From Octopus bimaculoides (taxonomy: Eukaryota): a stretch of 64,000 nt of DNA. A model generated the notes under the pieces. It searched no databases and was not told the origin of the DNA. It saw only the letters and a program-made list of their open reading frames with translations. Within the stretch, counting starts at the first letter, position 1. The number at the start of each line of letters is the position of its first letter. Both the position numbers and the translations under genes were made by a program. This document shows positions 1 through 12,385 of this stretch, piece by piece. The stretch lies in contig NC_068986.1 in the NCBI RefSeq assembly GCF_001194135.2, forward strand, positions 21,006,974-21,070,973, written 5' to 3'.

Positions 1-255
1 TGGTCTTCTCTTGGAAGAGCCCTGCTTCTCACATGGACAACTGTATGTTGGCTGCTCAAGAGTGGGCAGCAAAAAAACCTATTTGTATATGCTCTACAAG
101 GGAAAACGAGGAACATTGTTTACAACGAGGTGTTATAATCACAACAGCAAGAAAGTATGTACATGATCACCTTCTTTTACGAAACTTCATTGACTTTCAT
201 ATATTTATATTGATATACATATATATGTGTGTTTGGGTGCGTGTGTGTATATACA

Positions 256-346
256 TCTCTATATATAAAGATGATGCGTAGTCTAGACGGCGTTTTTAGA
301 TTTCATTATTCCCTTTAACCCGGGCAACGCCGGGTATTTCTGCTAG
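256..346 (+). mobile_element. Complete miniature non-autonomous Helitron (91 bp)
   Basis: Starts A|TCTCTATATATAAAG at 256. Ends with hairpin ACCCGG-GCAACG-CCGGGT (318-335), then CTAG (343-346) followed by T. Inserted between A and T with no TSD, the Helitron hallmark. Confidence 0.75.
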
Positions 347-351
347 TATAT

Positions 352-543
352 ATATAATTAATACAAAATGGTACAAGAACGCAAAACATCCAGACAGTTG
401 ATACAAGAAAGGGACAACAAAACATCCAGAGAGACGATACAAAGTAAACAAGGACAGGTCATTCGGAGTTTTCTTTCATCAGTCGAGATCCAGATTATCG
501 TTGCAATTTCGGCTGGTTAAAGAAAACTCCGAATGACCTGTCC
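352..543. repeat. Penelope-like palindromic repeat, truncated by the gap
   Basis: Direct repeat CAAAACATCCAGA..GATACAA twice. Perfect 25-bp inverted repeat 452-476 / 519-543. The minus strand carries CTGATGA (482-476) and CCGAAA boxes. Confidence 0.55.
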
Positions 544-1124
544 NNNNNNNNNNNNNNNNNNNNNNNNNNNNNNNNNNNNNNNNNNNNNNNNNNNNNNNNN
601 NNNNNNNNNNNNNNNNNNNNNNNNNNNNNNNNNNNNNNNNNNNNNNNNNNNNNNNNNNNNNNNNNNNNNNNNNNNNNNNNNNNNNNNNNNNNNNNNNNNN
701 NNNNNNNNNNNNNNNNNNNNNNNNNNNNNNNNNNNNNNNNNNNNNNNNNNNNNNNNNNNNNNNNNNNNNNNNNNNNNNNNNNNNNNNNNNNNNNNNNNNN
801 NNNNNNNNNNNNNNNNNNNNNNNNNNNNNNNNNNNNNNNNNNNNNNNNNNNNNNNNNNNNNNNNNNNNNNNNNNNNNNNNNNNNNNNNNNNNNNNNNNNN
901 NNNNNNNNNNNNNNNNNNNNNNNNNNNNNNNNNNNNNNNNNNNNNNNNNNNNNNNNNNNNNNNNNNNNNNNNNNNNNNNNNNNNNNNNNCATACACTCAC
1001 ACATATATATACGCTCATAAGTACCTACACATAGAGGTACATAAATACATATACACACATTCATGCACATAAGCATACAGACGCGTGCGCACACATATAT
1101 ATCTATATGTATCTATCTAGCTAG

Positions 1125-1178
<54 letters not shown>

Positions 1179-1440
1179 ATGAATGTGTGTGTCCTACTTA
1201 TGTATGTGTGTATGTGTGATTTTTTTTAATTGATCACATGCATATTTAATGACAAATGGGTATACAGGAGTTTGAAATTCAATACATACATAAATACACA
1301 GAAATTTTTTAAGGGTGAGTTCTCGGCCTCCAAATATGGCGCCAGCTTTTCAACGGTAAGATTCCCAGATGATTTGCAATGAGTTTTCAAGGTTTTCAGC
1401 TCGGCTCCAAATATTTGAACCAATTTATCAATCTAACGTT

Positions 1441-1592
1441 CTTTCTACTATAAATAATCACAAGGCCTGAAATTTTGCGGGAGACGGCTAGTCGATTACA
1501 TCGAACCCAGAGTTCAACTGGTACTTATTTTATCGACCCCGAAAGAATGACAAGGCAAAGTCGACCTCGACGTTATTTGAACTCAGAAAATA
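1441..1592 (-). mobile_element. tRNA-derived SINE family F1 (head GGCGGCGAGCTGGCAGAATCGTTAGC), partial
   Basis: Reverse complement of the F1 body (GAGTTCAAAT B-box region, GGGGTCGATAAAATAAGTACCAG). A further degenerate copy follows at about 1630-1790. Confidence 0.85.
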
Positions 1593-1858
1593 AAACTGGG
1601 AGAGTTTGGGATCCCCTATACCGTGTTAAACCTCTTCACATTGGCACAGGCTGGTAATCAATTGGATCAATCCTGGTACTTGACTCGCGCTTCATTTTAT
1701 TCACCTCTGCAAGGAAGAAAAGGATCTTGTTGGGATTTTAACTCCAAATCTAATGAGCGGTAGCTGACATCACTAGGCATTTTGTCCAAAGATCTCCTAA
1801 ATAAAATGAGAAAACACCAAAATAAAGTTTATTATATTTTTCAATATTCAAATATTTA

Positions 1859-1920
1859 AAGGCGGCGAACTGGCAGAATCGTTAGCACGCCGGGCGAAAT
1901 GCTTGGCTGTGTTTCATCTC
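1859..1920 (+). mobile_element. SINE F1 head only, truncated by a Tx1 fragment
   Basis: AAGGCGGCGAACTGGCAGAATCGTTAGCACGCCGGGCGAAATGCTT; homology stops at about 1920. Confidence 0.85.
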
Positions 1921-2742
1921 TGTGAAGTTATTGCGTGGGTCTGTGTTGAGGTGTTTGTCGAATTGTTGCCATTGTTATTGATTTGAGTTGTTTGAATTGT
2001 TCCTAAGGTTGTTGATTCGTTGATTGTTGTTTTGTTTCCCATTGTGGTGAAAATAGAGAAGGCGCCGGAGGCAGGGGTTATGCGGCCGCAACGAGCAAAG
2101 GAGTAGACGTGCAAGAGTTAGAGGTCTACGAAATAAAAGTGGAGCCTAGAAAGATGGAGAGTGAAAAACTAATCACTAAAGAAGGTAATATTCTGAAGCA
2201 AACGCCACCTGAAGATTTATCAGCCAACGTGTTAAAAAGAACGGTAACATTTAAAACAATGAAGGTAGCCACAAGAAAAATAGAGATTGCGCCGATAGAA
2301 GCCATAGAGGAATGTATAAAGGAATTGAATAGATTTACAACATACGTTACGAGAGGGAGGAGATATGCCACTGTGGAGGTGCGCTTCACAACGGAGGGGA
2401 AAGCAATAAAGCACTCCACAGAGGCAATAAGGACAGAGAAATAGGTGCTCTTGCCTTCGTACTGTGGCAAACGTGTGGCCAAGGTGCGACTGGGTAAGGT
2501 ACCACCTGAACTAAAAGAAGAATGGCTGATGACAGCCATAACGTATAATATGAAAGGCGGGAAGATTCTGAAGGCTACAAGGACCCAGAAGGTGAACTAC
2601 TGGAGATATGGTATCGAATTAACGATTCAGGCAACAACGGAGGACTTGAAGAGTGTGGGGGATGAGAATGTGCTGCCAGAAGATGTGAAGCTGAGAATTA
2701 TTGTGGAAGGTAGGCCGCTAGTATGTTTCTCATGTGGAAAAA
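1921..2742 (+). pseudogene. Tx1/L1-clade LINE 5' UTR plus ORF1 (gag-like) remnant
   Basis: ORFs 2109-2444 and 2445-2828 share one frame, broken by TAG at 2442-2444. The frame extends upstream (GRGYAATS). It ends in LRIIVEGRPLVCFSCGK, the typical L1/Tx1 ORF1 lead-in to a CCHC knuckle, which is cut off by a PLE-type repeat at 2743. Confidence 0.75.
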
Positions 2743-2788
2743 GACACCCGAAGAAGGCTGGAGGGTATATCAGCCGAAACGTTGTGTT
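2743..2788 (+). ncRNA. Minimal hammerhead ribozyme motif (PLE type), U4C core variant
   Basis: GACAC-CCGAAGA-A-GGCTG[gagggtatat]CAGCC-GAAA-CG-TT-GTGTT. Same family as 22569-22615; the repeat tail continues to 2836. Confidence 0.65.
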
Positions 2789-3059
2789 AACAACAAACAA
2801 GATGAGGACAATTATCCGTCAAATGTAAATAATGTATACGCGAGTATATTAGATGCACACCAACTTCAGCACCCGAAATTCAGGGAAAAAGCTATTAATG
2901 CTTTAAAGCCTATTATATAGGTCCAAATGCATATAAAACCCGAGGAGATCTTTTTGCGCTATGTTTCGTGGTTGGGGGGGGGGGGTTATTTTTTATTTAT
3001 TTATTTATTATTATTTTTTTAAAAATAGGTGCGTGTTATATGCCATCAAACACAATATT

Positions 3060-3330
3060 TACATAAAAACGAGTTTAAGCTAACGATATTGAGCCTCAAT
3101 GTGATCAGCCGATGTGCTAAACATCACATCAAAATCACCCTCCAAAAACATAAACTAAAATCTTCAGAAAAAAAAACGATTGAAATATGGTATAATATAG
3201 ACTGAGGTACGAAAGCTAAGAAGAATAAACAAACGATAAACTGGGTGATCATGGATGGACTGTCTTTAATCATAGCTCTGTTCAATCAGAGCTGACTTAA
3301 GGCAAAACGACAACAACAGCACCACCAACA
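3060..3330 (+). repeat. Dispersed retroposon 3' end with (CAA)n-like tail
   Basis: Homologous to the inverted copy at about 59640-59810 and a degenerate copy at about 17620-17735. Confidence 0.55.
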
Positions 3331-3454
3331 ACATCTAAAATAATGACGACATACATACATACATACACATACATACATACATATATGCATATAAACATAT
3401 ATATATATATATATACACATATATATATACATACATATACATACATATACATAT

Positions 3455-3502
<48 letters not shown>

Positions 3503-3503
3503 G

Positions 3504-3534
<31 letters not shown>

Positions 3535-4468
3535 GTATATATATATATATATATATATANNNNNNNNNNNNNNNNNNNNNNNNNNNNNNNNNNNNNNNNN
3601 NNNNNNNNNNNNNNNNNNNNNNNNNNNNNNNNNNNNNNNNNNNNNNNNNNNNNNNNNNNNNNNNNNNNNNNNNNNNNNNNNNNNNNNNNNNNNNNNNNNN
3701 NNNNNNNNNNNNNNNNNNNNNNNNNNNNNNNNNNNNNNNNNNNNNNNNNNNNNNNNNNNNNNNNNNNNNNNNNNNNNNNNNNNNNNNNNNNNNNNNNNNN
3801 NNNNNNNNNNNNNNNNNNNNNNNNNNNNNNNNNNNNNNNNNNNNNNNNNNNNNNNNNNNNNNNNNNNNNNNNNNNNNNNNNNNNNNNNNNNNNNNNNNNN
3901 NNNNNNNNNNNNNNNNNNNNNNNNNNNNNNNNNNNNNNNNNNNNNNNNNNNNNNNNNNNNNNNNNNNNNNNNNNNNNNNNNNNNNNNNNNNNNNNNNNNN
4001 NNNNNNNNNNNNNNNNNNNNNNNNNNNNNNNNNNNNNNNNNNNNNNNNNNNNNNNNNNNNNNNNNNNNNNNNNNNNNNNNNNNNNNNNNNNNNNNNNNNN
4101 NNNNNNNNNNNNNNNNNNNNNNNNNNNNNNNNNNNNNNNNNNNNNNNNNNNNNNNNNNNNNNNNNNNNNNNNNNNNNNNNNNNNNNNNNNNNNNNNNNNN
4201 NNNNNNNNNNNNNNNNNNNNNNNNNNNNNNNNNNNNNNNNNNNNNNNNNNNNNNNNNNNNNNNNNNNNNNNNNNNNNNNNNNNNNNNNNNNNNNNNNNNN
4301 NNNNNNNNNNNNNNNNNNNNNNNNNNNNNNNNNNNNNNNNNNNNNNNNNNNNNNNNNNNNNNNNNNNNNNNNNNNNNNNNNNNNNNNNNNNNNNNNNNNN
4401 NNNNNNNNNNNNNNNNNNNNNNNNNNNNNNNNNNNNNNNNNNNNNNNNNNNNNNNNNNNNNNNNNNNT

Positions 4469-4745
4469 TGTGAGTTGATTCGGTAGACGGAAACTGAAAG
4501 AAGCCCGTCGTATATATATGTGTGTGCGTATGTTTGTGTGTCTGTGTTTGTCCCTCCCCCAACATCGCTTGACAACCGATGTTGGTGTGTTTACGCCCCG
4601 TAAATTAGCGGTTCGGCCGGCAAAGGAGACCGATAGAATAAGTACTAGGCTTACGAAGAATAAGTTCTGGGGTCGATTTGCTCGACTAAAGGCGGTGCTC
4701 CAGCATGGCCGCAGTCAGAAATGACTGAAACAAGTAAAAGAGTAT
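4469..4745 (+). mobile_element. SINE family F2 (tRNA head, CORE-like GGCACCTTGGGCAAGTG, internal microsatellite); 5' end in gap
   Basis: Matches the other F2 copies; ends ...GGCGGTGCTCCAGCATGGCCGCAGTC...GAAACAAGTAAAAGA. Confidence 0.9.
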
Positions 4746-5444
4746 AAACATGCATATGCATATACGTACGTGCAAAGACGAGAGTTTGCATAGGACATAA
4801 TGAATGTGTGACGTTCATGCATTTCTCAGGGGCATAAGCAACAGAGAAGTTAATTGGTTTTAACTATGGATTGAAACCAGATCGAGCTCTTAACGCGAAG
4901 AAAACTTACAAATAGTTTACTCGTCAATGCTGTCTAGACACAACCCTCAACAAGTCAGGGTACTTTACCGAAGGGCAGCATCAAACATGTCATTGATGGC
5001 GTTCCAACGTGACCTTAACGTCTGATTTCCAGAAATTGTGTATCTAGGACGACACTGCCAAGAGTGTCCTTCTATTGAGAGTTGACGGAAATCTCGCTGC
5101 TATTTCTCATTTCTCAAACGTTGGTTTGACAGAGATGCAAGAAAATAATGTAAAGAGCCGTAAAGGAAAGGGTTTCAATCAGGAAATGAATCTTTGAAAT
5201 TTGTCCTAAGTTTATCTCTGTTACACATGCCGTCAGGAACATGTGTGGCTTCTGGTCCTGTTTGTGATTCTGACAGCGACATTCTACTTCTCTATATTCT
5301 TCATATACAGCTATCTAGCTAGCTAGCTAACTAGCTAAATAGACAGGTACATACATACATACATACATACATACATACATAAATAAATAAATAGGCAGAC
5401 AAGCGTGTGTGTGTACAATAATTCTAATGCTAGAGAATACGGAG

Positions 5445-6512
5445 ACTGGTACATCTTCAGAAATTATTTCTTTTTAGTCTACGATGTCATGCAGTCGAAC
5501 AAATTGACCCCCAGACCTTATTCTTTGTAAGCCTAGTAAGTATTCTATCGATCTCTTTTACTGAACCGCTATGTTACGGGGACGTAAACACACCAACATC
5601 AGTTGTCAAGCGATGGTGGGGGAACAAACACAGACACACAAACATATATATATATATATATATNNNNNNNNNNNNNNNNNNNNNNNNNNNNNNNNNNNNN
5701 NNNNNNNNNNNNNNNNNNNNNNNNNNNNNNNNNNNNNNNNNNNNNNNNNNNNNNNNNNNNNNNNNNNNNNNNNNNNNNNNNNNNNNNNNNNNNNNNNNNN
5801 NNNNNNNNNNNNNNNNNNNNNNNNNNNNNNNNNNNNNNNNNNNNNNNNNNNNNNNNNNNNNNNNNNNNNNNNNNNNNNNNNNNNNNNNNNNNNNNNNNNN
5901 NNNNNNNNNNNNNNNNNNNNNNNNNNNNNNNNNNNNNNNNNNNNNNNNNNNNNNNNNNNNNNNNNNNNNNNNNNNNNNNNNNNNNNNNNNNNNNNNNNNN
6001 NNNNNNNNNNNNNNNNNNNNNNNNNNNNNNNNNNNNNNNNNNNNNNNNNNNNNNNNNNNNNNNNNNNNNNNNNNNNNNNNNNNNNNNNNNNNNNNNNNNN
6101 NNNNNNNNNNNNNNNNNNNNNNNNNNNNNNNNNNNNNNNNNNNNNNNNNNNNNNNNAGAAGATTGACCCCTCCATTACATTTTTTGTAAGCCCGGTAGCT
6201 ATTCTATCGGTCTCTTTCGCCGAACCAAAAGTTACGGGGACGTAAACAAACCAAAACCGTTTATCAAACGGTGGTCGAGGACACACACACACACACACAC
6301 GTGTGTGTATGTATGTATATATATATATATATATATTTACAAACAAGCACAGGACTTCTTTTAGTTTCTGTCTCCTGACTAAACTAAGAAGGGTTTGGTC
6401 GACTCGGGGTTATAGTAGAGGATAGAAGCCCAAGGTGTCATGCAGTGGGACTGAACCCAGAACCATATAGTTGGAAAGCAAGCTTCTTACCACACAGCCA
6501 TAGCTGCACCAT
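5445..6512 (-). mobile_element. SINE F2 pieces on both sides of a gap (5445-5663 and 6158-6512)
   Basis: Reverse-complement F2 body on both sides of the N-run; the head end is at about 6500. Confidence 0.85.
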
Positions 6513-7132
6513 AATTATAGTTAAAATATATACATTGGTATGCTAAATTTTCTCATGCGATTTATGTATGTTTTATACACACACTCATACACACACACAC
6601 ACAGAGCCATAAACATACATAGATACATGTGTATGTTTATGGTTGTGTGTGTGGTTTAAAGCACTAAAATGGATACTGTTTTTAATGTTGGAAATCATTC
6701 ACATCAGTCTCGTACGTGACTAAATGAACCGACCAATTGAATAAGTATTCCTCGCGGTGTTTTGGCAGACATTGTTAAACAAGTTGACTTTGGCGGCAAG
6801 ACATAAAGAATCTGTCTTGAAATCAGCTGAGGTATTTTGTACAGATGCCAGCCAGATTTCTTTATTTCCATCTTTTTAATAGCGGTGACACCTGGCAACT
6901 TCTTATAAAATACTTCAGTTCATATACAGAAAAAAAAAGTTATGGTCTTAATTTCGGAGTAAAGCCACACACACATATGTATGTATACATATATATATAT
7001 ATACATACATATATATAATATATATATGTACATGTATGTATATATATGTATATATATATATACATGTATATATATGTATGTATATATATGTATATGTATC
7101 TATATATATGTATGCATATATGTGTGTGTATG

Positions 7133-7183
<51 letters not shown>

Positions 7184-7184
7184 A

Positions 7185-7251
7185 TGTAAGATAGAAATTT
7201 AAATGTAATAAAATGCTTTAAAAGAAATTTAAAGTACCTACGTGATAACTG
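7185..7251 (+). mobile_element. Fragment of the 28643-28866 mariner-type MITE
   Basis: AGATAGAAATTTAAATGTAATAAAATG...GTGATAACTG matches 28787-28842; truncated by the gap. Confidence 0.7.
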
Positions 7252-7890
7252 NNNNNNNNNNNNNNNNNNNNNNNNNNNNNNNNNNNNNNNNNNNNNNNNN
7301 NNNNNNNNNNNNNNNNNNNNNNNNNNNNNNNNNNNNNNNNNNNNNNNNNNNNNNNNNNNNNNNNNNNNNNNNNNNNNNNNNNNNNNNNNNNNNNNNNNNN
7401 NNNNNNNNNNNNNNNNNNNNNNNNNNNNNNNNNNNNNNNNNNNNNNNNNNNNNNNNNNNNNNNNNNNNNNNNNNNNNNNNNNNNNNNNNNNNNNNNNNNN
7501 NNNNNNNNNNNNNNNNNNNNNNNNNNNNNNNNNNNNNNNNNNNNNNNNNNNNNNNNNNNNNNNNNNNNNNNNNNNNNNNNNNNNNNNNNNNNNNNNNNNN
7601 NNNNNNNNNNNNNNNNNNNNNNNNNNNNNNNNNNNNNNNNNNNNNNNNNNNNNNNNNNNNNNNNNNNNNNNNNNNNNNNNNNNNNNNAAAGAATTTCCTG
7701 CCAAACCGAATCTGCGACGTAGTTTCGATTCCTGGTTGGTATCATTTCACTTCGCCTCAGCCTCTAATGTATTTTGGAGGAAAGGCATCTATGGCGCAGA
7801 ATCTCCTTCCCCTCCTTCGATCAGTTTCTCACCAGGAATTCAAGAAATAGTTGAGTGTTAGTCCTTGATTTAGTTATTGTTTTACTAGTT

Positions 7891-8009
7891 TCTTACGGCC
7901 ATATCACGTTGAAAGCACCGGTTCTCGTCCGATCACCGAAGTTAAGCAGCGACGAGCCTAGTGAGTACTTAGATGGGTGACCGCTTGGGAAACCTAGGTG
8001 CTGTAAACG
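7891..8009 (+). rRNA. 5S rRNA: Full-length 5S rRNA copy, probably a pseudogene or orphan
   Basis: TTACGGCCATATCACGTTGAAAGCACCGGTTCTCGTCCGATCACCGAAGTTAAGC...AGTACTTAGATGGGTGACCGC..GGGAA..CTAGGTGCTGTAAAC. A and C boxes are recognisable (C box has TTAGATG where TTGGATG is usual). TTTT at 8018-8021. Single copy, no array. Confidence 0.92.
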
Positions 8010-8021
8010 TCACACACTTTT

Positions 8022-8075
8022 AAAGGCGGTGCTCCAGCATGGCCGCAGTCAAAATGACTGAGACAAGTAAAAGAA
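8022..8075 (+). mobile_element. SINE F2 3' tail directly after the 5S copy
   Basis: AAAGGCGGTGCTCCAGCATGGCCGCAGTCAAAATGACTGAGACAAGTAAAAGAA. Confidence 0.9.
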
Positions 8076-8105
8076 TAGTTTCCGTCAGGGGTTTCCTATT
8101 GGACG

Positions 8106-8250
8106 GTTTAGTCGAACAAATCAACCCGAATATTCATTTATTTAGACCGTCCCTATAGACGAACCGCTATGCTACGGAGACATAAACAAACAAACACCAG
8201 TTTTCAAGCGGTGGGGAGACAAACAGATACGCATGCACGCAAGTGCGCGC
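8106..8250 (-). mobile_element. SINE F2 body fragment lacking its tail
   Basis: TTTAGTCGAACAAATC...GAACCGCTA...TCAAGCGGTGGGGAGACAAAC. Confidence 0.7.
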
Positions 8251-9139
8251 ACACACAAACAGATAATATACACTACGTAATTACACGAAACATGCATTAG
8301 ATGCATTCAAAAAATCGTTTGACCTTGTTTTTACTTTATGTACAATAGGTTACACAATAGTATATATACAAAGGTCTCTAAAACGTGAACAGCGCCTTTT
8401 GATTATGTAGTTTCCATTATATTGCTAATAACCATTTTGTTGAGAATATGAATGTGAATATTGGCCTATGATCAAATGCTTTCCATCAATGATCATGCTA
8501 TGTTTTCTGTAGTGCATGGTTTCATGATTCTATATCTCCTTTTATTTTCTTTCTAAAAGCAGTAGTACGTGATTAGTAGGGGATAGAGTTTGTTGCTATT
8601 TCAAGCAAAAATGGAAACTACACATCGACTCATTGAAGTCATTAGAGAGCTAAGTGAATTGATCCTGCCCACCCAAGAGCAGATTCGTATTATTACATTT
8701 CCGAGTCATGATAGTAGAATTAAGAAGGCTTATTTAAGGTCTAATGGTGCGTGTGTCTGAGAAAGATCTGGCCCAGTAGCAAAGCGGAATAAATGTAAAA
8801 AGAATTCGAACTCATGACAAATTACATGTTTTATTATCTGATCCACTCAGCTATCCCGTCTCCTACATCAACCGAAACACTTCACTTAATATGCTTTATG
8901 CTGACTTGATTCATGTCACCGGAGACCAACGCTATTTTTTTGAATTCTTGAGATTATTCTATAATTATCATTACTCTAAAGTAAATAAGTCCCAGCGACA
9001 CTTAATGGTAATAGCATCAACATTGGTCTCAGATAAATAATATTTAATCGTGCTTATCATCTCGTTTTATTTAATAATCTAATGATATTCCTAATAGTAA
9101 TAAACGTTGGACATATTGCTTCCCGTAGGGGTCCTGTGA

Positions 9140-9417
9140 CACTTGGCATTTTAATGTGTCTTAATCTGATATGAGCGCTGTAAAATAAGAAGCAAGCTCC
9201 AAAAATGTAGATATTTCGATTCGATTTCGATTCCGCTACGTGGCGGTATCAGATCACTTGTGCGCACTTTTAATGTATTTTAGTAAGATATGAGCGCTAT
9301 AAAGTAAGAAGTAAGCTCCCACTCCACTCCCCAAATTTAGATACGTCAATTCGGTTTCGATTCCAGTACGTGGCGATATCACACCATTTATGCGAATTTT
9401 CAATTATCTTTAGTAAA
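9140..9417. repeat. Diverged tandem duplication, unit about 120-130 bp, about 2.3 units
   Basis: GATATGAGCGCT..AA.TAAGAAG.AAGCTCC starts at 9168 and 9287; TTTCGATTCC..TACGTGGCG.TATCA occurs in both units. Confidence 0.8.
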
Positions 9418-9936
9418 GTAATGAACGTGAAGACAAAATTCCCATTTGACCCTCTCTTAAAATATAGGATATTTGCACTTAGCCTAGGATAAGTCTATAT
9501 TAACGAAGATTATGTTGTCAGTAAATTGAAGAGGCTGATTCAATTTCAACTCAGTTCATTCCCGTTATTTTGTGTGACAAATATTACTTATGTGCGTGTG
9601 TCTGTGTGTAGATTCTGTGTTATTCATGTAAGAAGAAAACCACTCTTAACAGCGTCTAGTGTAGTGTTTATTCGTCTTCCTCTTACTGTTCCTCCTTTTC
9701 TCTTTCACTAGTTTTTTTTTTTTTTTGCTTAACCCATTCTCATTATATCTACCACTTATATATGTTTCTCCAGCCCCTCTCTTTCTTTCTTTCCCTTCTA
9801 TCTTGCTATCTCTCTCTCTCTACATTTCCTCTTCACATCTATATGCATGCATGTAATATATACATCACATATGTATGTGATATATATATATATATACACA
9901 CACACAAGCATCCATATGAATATACATACATTTATG

Positions 9937-9986
<50 letters not shown>

Positions 9987-10312
9987 AACACACACAAACA
10001 CAAACACAAACACAAACACACACACACACATGTTTGTATGTATGTATGTATGTTTAACATAAGTATCTAACACAATACGTGCATTATTCATTATTACTCA
10101 GATAAAAATCGGTGGAATTACAAAATTACACTTGCGAAACGGCTATTAAGATAAAAAAAAAAATCCTATCTGATTATCACCACAGACGTATCAACAAACC
10201 AGAAAGTCAGGTTCAAACAGGTTGAATTCCAACATACTCGGTGCGGAGTTTGCATCGTTCTCTGCTGTCTGACCTACTCTTCTGTGAATAATCTTGGGCC
10301 ACCCTGTATATA

Positions 10313-10358
<46 letters not shown>

Positions 10359-10380
10359 TGCTTATATTATCCATATACTG

Positions 10381-10450
<70 letters not shown>

Positions 10451-10469
10451 TGCTTATATTATCCATATA

Positions 10470-10503
<34 letters not shown>

Positions 10504-10622
10504 AACAAATGATGGATTTTTCCCTTATGAGGTTTTTTCATGCTAGCTACTTGATAAATTCTTATAAAAGACTTTATCCTATTATTGATATACATATATA
10601 TATATATATATATAGATATATA

Positions 10623-11102
10623 TAGTAATGCCTCAATATACGAGTTGACTTGTTCCCGGATACTGTTCATAAAGCAAAAAATCGTAAAGCAGAGCAATAA
10701 TTTCCCATAGTAGCAATGTTATAAATCGTAATTTGTTCCCAGAAAAATATTTTACCTATAACATTTATAAATCTCGTAAAATAAATGGCAAGAAAACAGT
10801 AGAATGTAGATTCATTTTCTGAATCACTTCACTCACACTAGATTTGCGCACATCATTGCTTGTAGATGCAATCGCCGATTCACAAGCACTCGGAGACGGA
10901 CTTCTAGATTTCTTTTAAAAAAAAAACAAGTCTAGAGTTGTTTGCTTTAGAAGAAGTTCTTTTTTTTTTTTTNNNNNNNNNNNNNCTCTATAAATTTCTC
11001 GGTAACACGCAGAAGCATTTGATATGGTAGTAGAAAATTTGGATCTTGTACTTGAAAAATAAAATTCGTAAATCCGGGGTTTCGTAAAGTGAGGTATTAC
11101 TA
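10623..11102. mobile_element. Tigger/pogo-like MITE
   Basis: Imperfect TIRs TAGTAATGCCTCAATATACGA and TCGTAAAGTGAGGTATTACTA, with TA on both flanks. Confidence 0.7.
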
Positions 11103-11183
11103 TATATAAGTTACTGTGTTCGTGTGTGTGTGTGTGTGTGTGTGTGTGCATCATTAGCGTTGACTGTCGGAAGGAGTCTTCGT

Positions 11184-11336
11184 TTCAAATTTTGGCACGA
11201 TGCCAGTAAGGTCGGAGGTGGGGGTAAGTCGATTACATCGACCCTTCAGTGGAATTCGAACTCAGAACGTAAAAGAAGACAAAATGTTGCTAAGCAGTTT
11301 GCCCTACGTTCTAACGATTTAGCCAACTCACCGCTT
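11184..11336 (-). mobile_element. SINE F1, internally deleted
   Basis: Reverse-complement tail and head of F1 with the middle missing. Confidence 0.8.
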
Positions 11337-12214
11337 TGCTGTCGGGATATATATATGTATATGTGTATATATATGTGTGTATATGTATGCATGTTTACAC
11401 AAAGTTTACGAACAGAAATCCTCCAATATCACCAAACTGGCTAATTTAAATAGTAGCAGTCACAAGGAGGTTAAACACCAACTGAAGTGCGGAGACGCTG
11501 CCTAGAGTCACAGAAGTGGTTTTGTCGGATGAAAAATCCATTAAAACATAACTTTCATTAAGTGAAGAACCTACAAATAATTACAAACTATCTGAAACAA
11601 TTCATGGGTGGGGGTGGCTGGTTGGTACGTAGAGCTATAAATGTTTTCTACCGACGCACTATGTGAGTGGGCGATGTGTTGTCAAATGTCAAGTTGAACT
11701 GAAATGCTTATGAACACCCACATGTGTATATATATATGAATATATATGTACATATGTAAATATAGATGTGAATTATTGACCTAAGAAGTGTACATTTTAA
11801 TTGCGCTTCGGGTCAAACAGGACTGTTACAATATGAAGTGTAGCTTCTACAGTATTTATATATATACATACATATAACTTAAGTGCAATATTCAGCAGCC
11901 GGCTTTCGTAGAGACGAGCACACGAAGTGGAGTCGAGATAAAGATAATAACAAAAACAAAAAAAATTGTGAGTCATTCATCTCTAGATATGTTTTCTATG
12001 ATGCTGGGGTAAAACAGGGTTTCACTACAATGATAGTTTTATTCACAGAAAAACAGAATACCCTGCGGTGAACATATTAAAAGGGCGTGGGGGGAATGGT
12101 ATCACGTGACTTTGCACTGGATTACCAAAATGTAAGGAATAATTAATAAAGTCGTGACTTTAAACGGAATACCGAGAAAGAATAAGAAAAGAAAAACAGG
12201 TATTTATAACTTTA

Positions 12215-12385
12215 TTTTCATTTGTCTATCTACGTTCTGATTTCAAGTGCTGCCGAGGTCGACTCTGCCTTTCATGTTTTCGGTGTTGATAAAATAAAGT
12301 ACCAGTTTAGTGCTGGGATCAATGTAATCGAACTTCTTCTCTCCTTAAAATTGCTGGCCTTGTGCCAAAATTAGAAAGAATTATC
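12215..12385 (+). mobile_element. SINE F1, 5'-truncated
   Basis: GCCGAGGTCGACTCTGCCTTTCAT...GATAAAATAAAGTACCAG...GGCCTTGTGCC. Confidence 0.85.

Noticed and set aside
1314-1355. 42-nt microexon candidate (GEFSASKYGASFST); also CAG|GTAAGT at 12929 and a minus-strand exon-like 51540-51443
   Set aside because: Splice-like signals only; the latter two have stops in all frames and such hits are expected by chance.
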